64,000 bases of DNA from an uncultured archaeon (GTDB lineage: Archaea > Altiarchaeota > Altiarchaeia > JAFGQM01): contig CAZUDQ010000003.1 of assembly GCA_964619365.1 (NCBI GenBank), positions 1-64,000 of the forward strand, read 5' to 3'. The position numbers were made by a program, and so were the translations under genes. Below the pieces are notes generated by a model. The model was not told the DNA's origin and did no database searches. It worked only from the letters and a program-made list of their open reading frames with translations. Positions 38,223 to 48,944 of this stretch are shown here, one piece after another; position 1 is the stretch's first letter; each line of letters opens with the position of its first letter.

Positions 38223-38867
38223 ATGCCTAAACGACGTCCCGTAAAATTAAAACATTGGAAAAGACCACTTTACTCTTTTGTTGATTTTGGATGCGGCCAG
38301 TCAGAACGCTTATTAGAACTTAAAAAACGACACCCAGAGAAAGAGATGGTAGGCTTTGAATCAAGAATGCCAAAGGGGCAGGTTGAATCTTTTGAAAGCC
38401 AACATAAAAATTTAAAGATATTCAACCAACCACTTCCAGAAGGGCTTAATGTTTTAGAAAATGGTTCGATAGGTGTTGCCAATATGGATTTTTTCCTAAG
38501 TCAAGTTTCCAGAACTCCCTGTAGTGCCCAAAATTTCCTCGTCGATTTATCAAAAAAGATGCATCCAAGAGGAAAGGTCTTTATTACAGCTACGCGTTAT
38601 AACCGCCCGTTAGTGCATTCGTATCTTAAAGACGCAGGGTTTGAACCAATAGCCGAAAAAGAATTAAATGAACATAACCGGAATCTTTTTTCTAGAACCT
38701 ATTCGACAAAATTTTACCGCGACTTAACTGAAATGTCTAAAAAGAAACTAGCGGCAAGATACCCAGAAGTAAATCCAAGTATTATAGAATCTATGAATAA
38801 AATAAAGGATTCACCAATAAGATTATCCTTTAGGCTAAAACCCGAAAAACGTGCAGTAATTACTTAA
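38223..38867 (+). CDS. Basic SAM-dependent methyltransferase-like protein, paralog 2
   Basis: FVDFGCG, LPEG.N.LE.GS.G.ANM.FFL and KMHP.G shared with paralog 1. Confidence 0.7.
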   Translation: MPKRRPVKLKHWKRPLYSFVDFGCGQSERLLELKKRHPEKEMVGFESRMPKGQVESFESQHKNLKIFNQPLPEGLNVLENGSIGVANMDFFLSQVSRTPCSAQNFLVDLSKKMHPRGKVFITATRYNRPLVHSYLKDAGFEPIAEKELNEHNRNLFSRTYSTKFYRDLTEMSKKKLAARYPEVNPSIIESMNKIKDSPIRLSFRLKPEKRAVIT

Positions 38868-39306
38868 ATTCTAAGCCGTTTTGAGCCCTTTCGCAGTATA
38901 TACACCGTAGTCTTAGCGGGTCTTTGGATTCAACCTTAAATTGCCCGAGAACAGCTTCAGAATGCGTCACACAGTTTGGATTCGTACACTTTAATATCCC
39001 TTTAACGGAATCTGGAATCTCGACATTATATTTTTTCTTGATGCCACAGCCTGCAATAACATTTACAGAAGCATGCGGGGAAACAAGGGCAACACGATCC
39101 AAGTCGTCCTTATCAAGCTCACTGCCTTCGATTTTTATTATATCTTTTTTACCTTTGCTCTTTGAATTCACGCGAGAAAGTACCGTTACTGTTGCAGGAT
39201 AATCATCAAGACCAAGTAGTTTTATTACCTCCCAGGCCTTACCTCCTTCGATATGGTCGATTACTGTCCCTTCTTCGATTTTTTGAACTTTTAGTGTCTT
39301 ATCCAT
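38860..39306 (-). CDS. pyrI: Aspartate carbamoyltransferase regulatory subunit
   Basis: GTVIDHI, KDIIKIE and C.NPNCV...RCIYCE motifs. Confidence 0.96.
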   Translation of the reverse strand: MDKTLKVQKIEEGTVIDHIEGGKAWEVIKLLGLDDYPATVTVLSRVNSKSKGKKDIIKIEGSELDKDDLDRVALVSPHASVNVIAGCGIKKKYNVEIPDSVKGILKCTNPNCVTHSEAVLGQFKVESKDPLRLRCIYCERAQNGLEFK

Positions 39307-39315
39307 TTTTTCTCT

Positions 39316-40215
39316 TTATTCAAAAAGCGCCTTCATAATGACTGCCATCCTTGTCGGTATACCGTTTTTTGCCTGTTCAAAATATTTTGCCCGCGGGTCG
39401 TTATCGACTTCCGGGCGTATCTCATCGATTCTTGGAAGCGGATGCATGAGAATCATGTTCTCGTTTGCTTTATCCATGAGTCCCCCGTCGACAACATATG
39501 CGCCGGCATACTTTTTGTAGTCTTCCTCACTTGGGAATCTTTCTCGCTGTATTCTTGTCATGTAAAGCACGTCAAGCTCTTCAATTGCATCATCAAGCTT
39601 TACTACTTCCCGTACGTCCATGCCCTTGCCTTTTAAGTATCTTACTGTCCCTCTATCCATACTAAGGGCTGGAGGTGAGATATAAGTTATATTTACGTCC
39701 CAATTTGAAAGGGCAATAGAAAGAGGCCTTCCAGTTCGCCCGTAACGCAGGTCTCCGCAGATACCTATTCTAAGGTTATTAAAGTCACCAAGGCTTTTTC
39801 GTATGGTGTATAAATCAAGAAGGCTTTGAGTGGGATGGTCGTGGCTTCCGTCCCCAGCATTTATTATCGGAACAGGAGACACTTCAGAAGCAAGCTTTGA
39901 AGAGCCTTCAAGAGAGTGGCGCATGGCAATGGCATCAACATATCCACCAAACATTCTTACAGTATCTAAGAGGCTTTCACCCTTTTTTACTGAAGTCCCT
40001 GCAATAGAGGAAAAACCAACAACACTTCCCCCGAGGCGCTCCATAGCGCATTGGAAGGAAAATTGCGTTCTTGTTGAGGGCTCAAAGAAAAGAGTCCCAA
40101 GAATTTTCCCCGTTGCCTGTTTTGTAAAGTCCTTGTCCGAGTCGTATTTTGCGGCGTCGGCAAGCACGGACTCAATTAGTTCCTTGCTTTCTTCTCTTGT
40201 AGACACAAAATCCAT
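39316..40215 (-). CDS. pyrB: Aspartate carbamoyltransferase catalytic subunit
   Basis: FFEPSTRT, HPTQ, TRIQRER and HPLPR motifs. Confidence 0.97.
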   Translation of the reverse strand: MDFVSTREESKELIESVLADAAKYDSDKDFTKQATGKILGTLFFEPSTRTQFSFQCAMERLGGSVVGFSSIAGTSVKKGESLLDTVRMFGGYVDAIAMRHSLEGSSKLASEVSPVPIINAGDGSHDHPTQSLLDLYTIRKSLGDFNNLRIGICGDLRYGRTGRPLSIALSNWDVNITYISPPALSMDRGTVRYLKGKGMDVREVVKLDDAIEELDVLYMTRIQRERFPSEEDYKKYAGAYVVDGGLMDKANENMILMHPLPRIDEIRPEVDNDPRAKYFEQAKNGIPTRMAVIMKALFE

Positions 40216-40230
40216 TTTATTATATTATTT

Positions 40231-43200
40231 TTAGTTTTGTTTAAGATAATCGTTTAGGCTTTTTACTTCGGGCTCAGTTTTCTTTAGCTGGCGCAGGGCG
40301 AGCAATGCGGCTTTTGCACCCTCAATTGTTGTAATGTAGGGAATCTCATAGTCAAGTATTGCAAAGCGCATTCGTTTGTCGCGCTCACTGCGGTCTCCCC
40401 GCATAGGCACGCTGATTACTAGGGCCGGTTCTCTTGACTCTACCATACCACGCACGTTTTTTACCCGTACGCAGGAAACTCCTGCCTTGTCAAATGCATC
40501 AAATGTCCCGTCTTCAGCAAATAGGCTAAAGCCAAGTTTTTCAAGGCCTTTTGCGATTTCTATTGCATCTGGATATTGAGCAGGGTCGCCCACATTAAAA
40601 AGTATTTTTCCTTTCTGGGGAAGTGTATTTCCCGCGCCTGACTGAGCTTTAAAATAAGCGCATCCAAATGATTTGTCAATTCCCATGGATTCACCCGTGC
40701 TTCTCATCTCAGGAGAAAGAACTGGGTCAATTCTAAGCTTATCAAAAGGAAGGACAACCTCCTTTATTGCAACATGATTTATTTTTGCCGAGTGGTCAAA
40801 GGTCTCAAGAATATCCTTTAGTTTCTCACCCATAATTGCTCTTACCGCGACTTTTGCAAGCTGGACGCCTGTTGCTTTTGAGACAAATGGTATTGTTCTT
40901 GAAGAGCGCGGGTTTGCTTCAATCACATAAAGTTCCTCGTCTTTTATAGCATATTGAATATTGATTAAGCCTAAGGTCTTTAGGCCAAGAGCCATCTTCT
41001 TTGTACATTCTTCAATTTGACTTATCATATCAGGCGAGATGCCTTGAGCAGGTATCACACAAGCTGAATCTCCGGAATGGATTCCTGCCTCTTCAATATG
41101 TTCCATGATTCCACCGACATAGACATCCTCACCATCACAGACTGCGTCAACATCAATTTCAGTTGCACCACTTAGGAACTTATCAACAAGTATCGGGTGC
41201 TTTGGCGAGATGCTTGCGGCTTCTCTCATATAGGCCTCCAGCTCATCGTCATTAAAGACAACTTCCATAGCGCGCCCGCCCAGTACATAAGACGGACGGA
41301 CAAGAACGGGATACCCAAGACGCTTTGCAACGACAAGTGCGCCGTCAAAACTCCTCGCAGTTCCCCAATCCGGCGCCTTTATTTTTAGCTCATCAAGAAG
41401 TTTTCCAAAGTTATCGCGGTCTTCGGCAAGGTCTATTGCATCAGCCCCCGTTCCAAGAATATGTACTCCCGCTTCAACCAGCCCTTTTGATATGTTTATT
41501 GCAGTCTGACCGCCAAACTGCACCATGACGCCTAACAAGTTATCCTGTTCGCGCTCTATGATATTTAAGACATCTTCGATTGTCAGCGGTTCAAAATAAA
41601 GTTTGTCAGACGTATCAAAGTCTGTTGAAACAGTTTCAGGATTATTGTTTATTATTATTGCCTCATAACCAAGCTCCCGAAGTGCATAGACCGCATGGAC
41701 TGTGCAGTAATCGAATTCGACACCCTGTCCAATTCGTATTGGTCCCCCACCAAGGATTATGACCTTTTTCCTTCCAGTGTCGCGCCCCTCGCTTTCGTCT
41801 TCATAGGTGGAATAGTAATACGGGGTCTTTGCTTCAAACTCAGCAGCGCAGGTGTCAACCATTTTGTACGTTGGAAGGACGCCAAGTTTCTTCCTTAGCT
41901 TGCGAATATCAGTTTCGCTTAGTTTTCCCTTATCGTGTAAATTTGATATTTGGAAATCACTAAAGCCAAGACGCTTTGCTTCTTTTAAAAAAGATGCGCT
42001 AAGCTCCTCATTTTCGAGCCGTTTTTCCATCTCAACAATGTTTTTGAGCTTGTAAAGGAAGAAGAGATCAATCTTATTTATCCTATTTATGTCCTCGGGA
42101 CACCACCCTTTCCGCAGGGCGTCATAAACATAATAAACCCTCATATCTGTTGCATGCTCAAGCTCCTCGGCCAGGCGTTCATCATCAGTACAGTACTCCC
42201 GCCCGTCGGCACATATCCCCATGCGGTCTTGGTCAAGTGAGCGTATGGCCTTTTGAAGCGACTCCTCAAAGGTTCTCCCCATACTCATGACTTCTCCAGT
42301 ACTTTTCATTTCAGTCCCGATGCGACGTTCCATTCCGCGGAATTTGTCAAACGGCCAGCGTGGGACCTTTGTTACGATATAGTCAAGAGCCGGTTCGAAT
42401 GAAGCTGGCGTGTTTTTTGTGATCTCATTTCGTATCTCGTCAAGATTAAGGCCACAGGCAATCTTTGCGGCAACTCGCGCAATTGGGTATCCTGTTGCTT
42501 TTGAAGCAAGAGCCGAAGACCTTGAGACCCTGGGGTTTACTTCTATTACCCTGTATTCAGGTTTTTCCGGGTGAAGTGCAAACTGTACATTGCAACCACC
42601 CTCAACACCAAGAGCCGTTATTATCTTAAGTGACGCCGTTCGCAAGAGTTGATATTCTGTGTTGTTTAAGGTTTGAGTCGGAGCAACGACAATACTTTCT
42701 CCTGTATGAATCCCGACAGGGTCGAAATTCTCCATGTTGCAGACTGTTATGCAGTTTCCTGACCCGTCGCGCATGACCTCGTATTCGATTTCTTTCCACC
42801 CACCAATATACTCTTCAATCAGAGCCTCGCTGTTCTTACTGCGATTAAGTGCGCGCTCAACGATACGCGCGAATTCAGATTCAGTAAAAGCTATGCCCCC
42901 CCCAGTTCCACCTAGTGTGTATGCGGGCCGTATGATTGCGGGAAGGCCACCTATATCAAAAAGCGCTTCTTGGGCTTCATGGAGACTGAAAACTGAGTGG
43001 CTTTTGCAGATGGGTTCATTTATCTCCCTCATGAGCTCGGCAAATTCTTGTCTCCCTTCACCCTTTTTTATCGAATCAATAGGCGTTCCAATGACTTTTA
43101 GATTGTATTTTTCAAGGATTCCTTTCTTTTCGAGTTCGACGCCCATATTAAGCCCGGTCTGACCCCCCATTGTCGGAAGAATCGCATCAGGCTTTTCCTT

Positions 43201-43437
43201 TATTATTATCTTTTCAATCGATTCGGCGGTTATCGGCTCAAGGTATACCGCGTCTGCAATATCGGTATCTGTTTGTATCGTCGCAGGATTGTTGTTGATA
43301 AGGATTGTTTTGTACCCTTCCTCGCGGAGTGCAAGGCATGCCTGGCTTCCACTGTAGTCAAATTCCGCCGCCTGTCCTATCTGGATAGGGCCGCTTCCGA
43401 TTATCAGGATTTTTTTGACATCAGTTCTTTTTGGCAT
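40231..43437 (-). CDS. carB: Carbamoyl-phosphate synthase large subunit
   Basis: GSGPIQIGQAAEFDYSG; duplicated ATP-grasp domains; EVNPRVSRSSALASKATG. Confidence 0.98.
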   Translation of the reverse strand: MPKRTDVKKILIIGSGPIQIGQAAEFDYSGSQACLALREEGYKTILINNNPATIQTDTDIADAVYLEPITAESIEKIIIKEKPDAILPTMGGQTGLNMGVELEKKGILEKYNLKVIGTPIDSIKKGEGRQEFAELMREINEPICKSHSVFSLHEAQEALFDIGGLPAIIRPAYTLGGTGGGIAFTESEFARIVERALNRSKNSEALIEEYIGGWKEIEYEVMRDGSGNCITVCNMENFDPVGIHTGESIVVAPTQTLNNTEYQLLRTASLKIITALGVEGGCNVQFALHPEKPEYRVIEVNPRVSRSSALASKATGYPIARVAAKIACGLNLDEIRNEITKNTPASFEPALDYIVTKVPRWPFDKFRGMERRIGTEMKSTGEVMSMGRTFEESLQKAIRSLDQDRMGICADGREYCTDDERLAEELEHATDMRVYYVYDALRKGWCPEDINRINKIDLFFLYKLKNIVEMEKRLENEELSASFLKEAKRLGFSDFQISNLHDKGKLSETDIRKLRKKLGVLPTYKMVDTCAAEFEAKTPYYYSTYEDESEGRDTGRKKVIILGGGPIRIGQGVEFDYCTVHAVYALRELGYEAIIINNNPETVSTDFDTSDKLYFEPLTIEDVLNIIEREQDNLLGVMVQFGGQTAINISKGLVEAGVHILGTGADAIDLAEDRDNFGKLLDELKIKAPDWGTARSFDGALVVAKRLGYPVLVRPSYVLGGRAMEVVFNDDELEAYMREAASISPKHPILVDKFLSGATEIDVDAVCDGEDVYVGGIMEHIEEAGIHSGDSACVIPAQGISPDMISQIEECTKKMALGLKTLGLINIQYAIKDEELYVIEANPRSSRTIPFVSKATGVQLAKVAVRAIMGEKLKDILETFDHSAKINHVAIKEVVLPFDKLRIDPVLSPEMRSTGESMGIDKSFGCAYFKAQSGAGNTLPQKGKILFNVGDPAQYPDAIEIAKGLEKLGFSLFAEDGTFDAFDKAGVSCVRVKNVRGMVESREPALVISVPMRGDRSERDKRMRFAILDYEIPYITTIEGAKAALLALRQLKKTEPEVKSLNDYLKQN

Positions 43438-43438
43438 C

Positions 43439-44542
43439 TTATCTTTTTTGGAAGTTTGCCTCCTTCATTATCTGTATGAAATCATCAAATAAGTACTTGC
43501 TGTCCCATGGCCCTGCGTGCGCCTCTGGATGATACTGAACTGTGCGTACCGGAAGGCTTTTGTGGGCGATTCCTTCGACGCTCTGGTCGTTAAGGTTTAT
43601 GTGGGTGACTTCGACTTCGTCTGTTGGAAGACTGCTTGCTTCTATTGCAAAGCCGTGGTTCTGGCTTGTAATATACACACGACCCGTTGGAAGCTCTTTA
43701 ACGGGCTGGTTTCCCCCACGGTGCCCGAATTTAAGCTTGTATGTATCCGCCCCAAAAGCTCGTCCGACAAGCTGGTTGCCAAAACAGATTCCAAAGACAG
43801 GCATCTGCGTGTCGATTAAGGTCTTGATGTTAGCTACAATATCTCCTGCCCGCTCCGGGTCGCCCGGCCCGTTTGAAATCATTATTCCGTCCGGAGAATA
43901 ATCAAGAATGTCTTTTGCGCTGGTTTTTGCCGGGACTTGGATTACCTCGCAACCACGGTCAACCAGGTTCTTTATTATTGAGCCTTTGACTCCGCAGTCA
44001 ATAAGGGCCATCCTTCCTTTCTTTTCACCCATTGGAGCATGGATTACAGGCTTTTTTACAGTGACTTTTTCCACAAGGTCTATTTCTGAAATAGACTTTA
44101 GCTCTTTTGCCTTTGCGATAAGTTCGTCCCTGTCAAAATTATCACCTGTCGCAATTATTGCGTTCATGACACCTGCGTCCCTTATCTTTCTTGTAAGCAT
44201 GCGCGTATCAACGCCCTGTAGTCCGACGATGCCTTCTTCTTCTATCCAGGACTTAAGGTCTTTTAGAAACGGGATGTGGCTTGGGTGCTCACAAAGTTCG
44301 CGCACGACAAATCCCTCCACTTGTATGTGGTCGGACTCAAATCGCTCAGGGCAGACGCCGTAGTTTCCAATCAGAGGGTACGTGGGCATTAGAATCTGAT
44401 ATTTGTACGACGGGTCGGTCAAGCACTCCTGATATCCGGCCATCCCAGTGTTAAAGACAAGCTCTCCGCATGCTTCTCCTTGCGCGCCAAAGCCTTCTCC
44501 TTCAAGCAGAGTTCCGTCTCTTAGTACAATTATTCCTTTCAT
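43439..44542 (-). CDS. carA: Carbamoyl-phosphate synthase small subunit
   Basis: GELVFNTGM, SNGPGDP, GICFG and QYHPE motifs; start taken at MKGIIVL (44542). Confidence 0.96.
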   Translation of the reverse strand: MKGIIVLRDGTLLEGEGFGAQGEACGELVFNTGMAGYQECLTDPSYKYQILMPTYPLIGNYGVCPERFESDHIQVEGFVVRELCEHPSHIPFLKDLKSWIEEEGIVGLQGVDTRMLTRKIRDAGVMNAIIATGDNFDRDELIAKAKELKSISEIDLVEKVTVKKPVIHAPMGEKKGRMALIDCGVKGSIIKNLVDRGCEVIQVPAKTSAKDILDYSPDGIMISNGPGDPERAGDIVANIKTLIDTQMPVFGICFGNQLVGRAFGADTYKLKFGHRGGNQPVKELPTGRVYITSQNHGFAIEASSLPTDEVEVTHINLNDQSVEGIAHKSLPVRTVQYHPEAHAGPWDSKYLFDDFIQIMKEANFQKR

Positions 44543-44713
44543 AAAATTTACAGCAAAAAACCTTAGAGAATTTAGAGCCACATGCCACAGCAATGCTACT
44601 CCAAGAATTTATTTAATTTTAGAGTGCGGTCTATAAAAGGTGCGCCCAAACGTTTTTTATGCTAGTAATTTCGAATTAAATTCCCTTTTATTTCAAGGGT
44701 TTGTTAGCAACAA

Positions 44714-46003
44714 TTAATTTCTAAAGACAAGTTCTCTACCACAGCTTTCTGTTTGGATATCTTCATCAACGGAGTAAGCGCACTTGCCGCGCACAAAAGT
44801 CCCTATGATTTTTCCTTGGCCAACCATCCCTTCAAAAGGGGTCCAGCCGCATTTTGAATGCAGCTTTTTTGCAGATATCCTGTATTTGTAGCTTGGGTCG
44901 ATTATGACAAAGTCGGCATCAAAGCCTTCTCTAAGCGAGCCTTTGCCTTCTATCCCAAATATTTCAGCAGGCCTTCGCGCACAGGTCTCAATAAGTCCCC
45001 TAAGGTCGCTGTGTCCAAGAATCAAAGGAAGCCGCGTTTCGACGCCGGGCACGCCGCCAGAAGCATTTTTCCAGCCACACGTCTTTTCTTGGATGGTGTG
45101 GGGGGCATGGTCGGTTGAAACCATGTCTATTGCGCCGGCTCTAAGGCCCATTAAAAGAGCGGAATTGTCGCTTTTGCTTCGAAGGGGCGGATACATCTTA
45201 AGTTTTGTTCCCTGCGCTTCCTCATCGTCTTTTGAGAGGAAAAGATACTGAGGACAAACCTCGCAGCTGACATTTGAATTGAGTTTTTTTGCCCGCATGA
45301 CTTCATGAAGGGCAGCGTCACTTGTAACGTGGCATATATGCACGCGGTTATCGCACATCGCCCGTGAGACATCTTTAATACTCATAGCCTCGCATATTGC
45401 AGGGCGTGATTCAGTAAATCGTCTAAAGCTAGCACATTCTCCCTCATATTTTTCTAAAAGCTCTTTTTTCTCACAATGAAATGCACCAAGAAGACCCTTC
45501 TTTTTCATGGCTTTAAAGAATTCTGGAAGACGAGTAGTGTCAAACAGGAAGTTCCCAGTACTCTTCCCAAGGAAGAACTTGACTCCTGCGATATTTTTTG
45601 CGGCAAGAATCTCCTCAAGATTGTCGTTTTCAGCACCCATATAGAGTCCAAAGTCAATGATGCTGTTTTCCCTTACGTGCCTCCTTTTTTCCTCAAGGCG
45701 CGAAACAGAGTTTATCCCCTCTTTGTTATTTGGCATCTCAAGGACGCTTGTCACACCGCCTGCGGCAGCAGACAATGATTCGCTTTTCCAGTCGCCTTTA
45801 TGGCTCTCCCCAAAGTCCCTGAAGTGAACATGAGCGTCAATCAGACCCGGTATTATATGGGCGCCTTCAGCATCTATTATCTCGTCAGCCTCAAAGCTCT
45901 TTTTTGTGATATCTACAATCTTGCCGTTATCGATGACCAAGTTTGCCTCTATTATGCTTGAGGGGGTGACGATTTTGCCGTTTTGGACTACGAGATCTAC
46001 CAT
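44714..46003 (-). CDS. pyrC: Dihydroorotase (amidohydrolase family)
   Basis: PGLIDAHVHFR, EMPN, PPLR, STDHAPH and WTPFEG motifs; next to carAB-pyrBI. Confidence 0.88.
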   Translation of the reverse strand: MVDLVVQNGKIVTPSSIIEANLVIDNGKIVDITKKSFEADEIIDAEGAHIIPGLIDAHVHFRDFGESHKGDWKSESLSAAAGGVTSVLEMPNNKEGINSVSRLEEKRRHVRENSIIDFGLYMGAENDNLEEILAAKNIAGVKFFLGKSTGNFLFDTTRLPEFFKAMKKKGLLGAFHCEKKELLEKYEGECASFRRFTESRPAICEAMSIKDVSRAMCDNRVHICHVTSDAALHEVMRAKKLNSNVSCEVCPQYLFLSKDDEEAQGTKLKMYPPLRSKSDNSALLMGLRAGAIDMVSTDHAPHTIQEKTCGWKNASGGVPGVETRLPLILGHSDLRGLIETCARRPAEIFGIEGKGSLREGFDADFVIIDPSYKYRISAKKLHSKCGWTPFEGMVGQGKIIGTFVRGKCAYSVDEDIQTESCGRELVFRN

Positions 46004-46094
46004 TTTTAATATTTTGCCAAACGGTTAACTAATACTTAATAATAAAAAAGGACTATTTTCACGCTTTTATCCAACCAGCATTAAATTATAAGAA

Positions 46095-46871
46095 ATGGAG
46101 CCGGGAAAAGTAGAGAAATATCTTCTTAAAAAAAGAGCTGAAGACGGTGCATTACTCTTTACGGTAATTGACCCCATGGACTATTCTGAGCTTGACGGTG
46201 CAATCGCCGCAGCAAAAGCCGCTGCAAGTGCGGGCGCCGATTTAATTGTTGTCGGAGGCTCAACAGGGGTGCAGGGCCAGGCTCTTGACTATACAGTCTC
46301 AGGCATCAAAAAAGAAGTTGATATACCCGTGAATCTTTTCCCCGGAAACATCGGGACTGTAAATGCAAAAGCAGATTCCATATATTTCATGTCTATGCTT
46401 AATTCTCGTAACACCTACTGGATATCAGAAGCCCAGATGCTTGGGGCCCCAGTTGTAAAACGTCTTGGCATTGAGCCACTTCCAACAGCATATCTTGTTG
46501 TTGGTGACGGTGGGACCGTTGCTTGGGTTGGAGACGCAAAGCCAATTCCACTAAACAAGCCTAAAATCGCTGCAGCCATGGCGCTTTCAGCCCAGATGAT
46601 GGGCTTTAGATTCGTTCTTACTGATGCAGGCTCAAATCCTCCAGAACCCGTACCGCCTCAAATGATAGCCGCGGTGCGCGCAGCTCTTGGCAAGGACACT
46701 TTTTACATTGCAGCAGGTGGAATTAGAAGTGAATCTCAAGTACGAGCGGCAATAGTAGCAGGCGCAGACGCCGTTCAGATTGGAACTGCTTTTGAAAACG
46801 CAAAAGATGTCGAGAAAATGGCATCAAAACTAGTTGCCGTAGTAAAAAAGGAAGGCAAAAAGCGCCTTTAA
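46095..46871 (+). CDS. Geranylgeranylglyceryl phosphate synthase
   Basis: IDP, VGGSTG, LFPGN, MSMLNSRN and AGGIRS motifs. Confidence 0.9.
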   Translation: MEPGKVEKYLLKKRAEDGALLFTVIDPMDYSELDGAIAAAKAAASAGADLIVVGGSTGVQGQALDYTVSGIKKEVDIPVNLFPGNIGTVNAKADSIYFMSMLNSRNTYWISEAQMLGAPVVKRLGIEPLPTAYLVVGDGGTVAWVGDAKPIPLNKPKIAAAMALSAQMMGFRFVLTDAGSNPPEPVPPQMIAAVRAALGKDTFYIAAGGIRSESQVRAAIVAGADAVQIGTAFENAKDVEKMASKLVAVVKKEGKKRL

Positions 46872-46959
46872 TTTCTCTTTTTAAGTCAATTTAGCCAGTG
46901 CTAACTACCAAACAAAAGAAAATCAGAAATAGTATTAAATTTAAGAAAATGCCACACCC

Positions 46960-47265
46960 TTACTCGTCGTGGCGGTGTCTGTGTGCTGGAGACGCCTCAA
47001 CCGGTGCAACTGGTACTGAACCTTCTTCAATAACAATAACATCCGATATTGCTCTTACAGACTTAAATGGGATTATAAAATCTCCGTTTGAGTCTTTTGG
47101 GAAGCGCACATCTTCAGCAGTTTCTGCATCAGGTTCGACAATGATGCTTTCCATCTCACCCGTGGCTTCATCAACGATTATATCGTCAAGCCTGCCTATT
47201 TCCTTTCCGGTAGTCGTAATCGACCTCTTACCCCCAAGTTGCCTAGCAACAACAAATCGTGCCAT
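46960..47265 (-). CDS. PRC-barrel domain protein (archaeal CdpB-like)
   Basis: L.GK...T..G.EIG.LDDIIVD..TG...IPF.SV.AISDVIVI pattern. Confidence 0.88.
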   Translation of the reverse strand: MARFVVARQLGGKRSITTTGKEIGRLDDIIVDEATGEMESIIVEPDAETAEDVRFPKDSNGDFIIPFKSVRAISDVIVIEEGSVPVAPVEASPAHRHRHDE

Positions 47266-47431
47266 TGTTCCACCTAATAATTTTAGTTGCTCATCTTAAC
47301 GCCGCAAACTATAAAAACACGACGGTTTTTGGGCGTTTTTTAAGTCCTTGCCATCACCAACAAACTTAAGCTATTAATAAGTGGCAAAAAATCTAAACCC
47401 TTTTTACCAATAATAATCAATATACCAGATT

Positions 47432-48403
47432 ATGTCCGAAGAACTTCTCGAAGAAAAGAACGCACCCAGTGGTGGCCCTGAATTACCCGAGGAGCTAAAA
47501 AAACTGCTGGTAAAACAGCATTATCATCTTGTCGGGCGTCATTCTGCCGTCAAAGTATGTGAATGGCTCAGGCGAAGCCTGATGAACAAAGCTGTTTGTT
47601 ATAAGGAACAGTTCTATGGCATAAATTCCCATAGGTGCCTGCAGATGACTCCAGCAGTTGGCCATTGTACTGAAAGGTGCGTATTTTGCTGGCGCCCCGT
47701 TGAATGGACAATAGGAACCGACTTAACAGACTGGGATGACCCCGATTTCATAGTAGAAGAGTCCCTTAAAGCTCAAAAGTTACTCCTTTCAGGTTACGGA
47801 GGGTTAAAAGACCGCATTGACCCGGTTAAATGGGAAGAGGCACAAAACCCAAATCAGGCGGCAATATCTCTTTCAGGTGAGCCTACAGCATATCCACAGA
47901 TAGGCGATTTGATAGAGTCTTACCACAATCATGGCTTTGAAAGCACATTCCTTGTTACAAATGGGACTTTCCCTGAGCGCCTAAGGGCGATGACGCGCGA
48001 ACCCACAAATCTTTACCTTTCAGTAGAGTCACCGACTCAAGACCTGTTTAAGTTGCTTAATCGCCCGGTAACTTCTGATGCATGGGAACAATTCAACAAA
48101 ACAATAGACATATTCCCGCTCTTTAAATGCAGAAAGGTATTTAGAATAACTCTTGTTCGTGGATGGAATGACGATGAAAAGTTTATCCCAGGCTTTGCAA
48201 AGCTCGTAAACAAGGCGGAGCCCGATTTCATAGAAGTGAAGTCTTACATGTGTGTCGGCCATTCACGAAAGCGCCTTACACTTGACAATATGTTAACTCA
48301 GGAAGAAATCGAGGTTTTTTCAAAGAAGCTAGGGATCGAAGCAAATTATACGCTTACTGACTCGTGTCCTCAGAGTCGCGTAGCCCTCCTAAAGAGGAAC
48401 TAA
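47432..48403 (+). CDS. taw1: tRNA 4-demethylwyosine synthase (radical SAM)
   Basis: HSAVKVCEW, CYKEQFYGINSHRCLQMTP, CTERCVFCWRP and SLSGEPT motifs. Confidence 0.95.
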   Translation: MSEELLEEKNAPSGGPELPEELKKLLVKQHYHLVGRHSAVKVCEWLRRSLMNKAVCYKEQFYGINSHRCLQMTPAVGHCTERCVFCWRPVEWTIGTDLTDWDDPDFIVEESLKAQKLLLSGYGGLKDRIDPVKWEEAQNPNQAAISLSGEPTAYPQIGDLIESYHNHGFESTFLVTNGTFPERLRAMTREPTNLYLSVESPTQDLFKLLNRPVTSDAWEQFNKTIDIFPLFKCRKVFRITLVRGWNDDEKFIPGFAKLVNKAEPDFIEVKSYMCVGHSRKRLTLDNMLTQEEIEVFSKKLGIEANYTLTDSCPQSRVALLKRN

Positions 48404-48944
48404 AAGATTTCTTCTCTTTCTTGTCGTTATGGTTAGAAGTCATACGAATATAGAATCCAAGACCGACAAGCATTGCTCCAACAGCAATCCCCATTATTGC
48501 CATGTCAAATATGATTCCGCTTGAGTCGGGAATCGCTTTTATCTGAGCCATTGTGACAAAAATCTCAGCGGCGATTGCAAATATTATTACAGGCAAAAAG
48601 CGAGTTAAGAAATCACGTGCCCTTTCTTGGACGTTTTTGAATTTTCTTTCAGCAATTTCCTCCTCAAGAATAGATTTTATTAGGTCAAGCACAGCAATTC
48701 CGATAACTACCATACCCATACCCGAAATCATAAGTGCAGAGGCGTCTTCTCCGAGTATAGTCTCAGTATAACCGGTAAGCACCATCCAACCCTCAACAAG
48801 ATCCTTTATTCCCAGGACAACAAGGGAAAGACAGATAACAAAGAGTATTATTGCAACTATCGTGAGTGTACTGTGAAGCGCCTGATCAAATATATCAATA
48901 TGTTTTTTTACTGGGGGACATGTACTGGGTTTTTGTCTTGCCAT
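48354..48944 (-). CDS. Hypothetical 4-TM membrane protein
   Basis: Four hydrophobic helices; 3' end overlaps the taw1 end. Confidence 0.7.
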   Translation of the reverse strand: MARQKPSTCPPVKKHIDIFDQALHSTLTIVAIILFVICLSLVVLGIKDLVEGWMVLTGYTETILGEDASALMISGMGMVVIGIAVLDLIKSILEEEIAERKFKNVQERARDFLTRFLPVIIFAIAAEIFVTMAQIKAIPDSSGIIFDMAIMGIAVGAMLVGLGFYIRMTSNHNDKKEKKSFSSSLGGLRDSEDTSQ

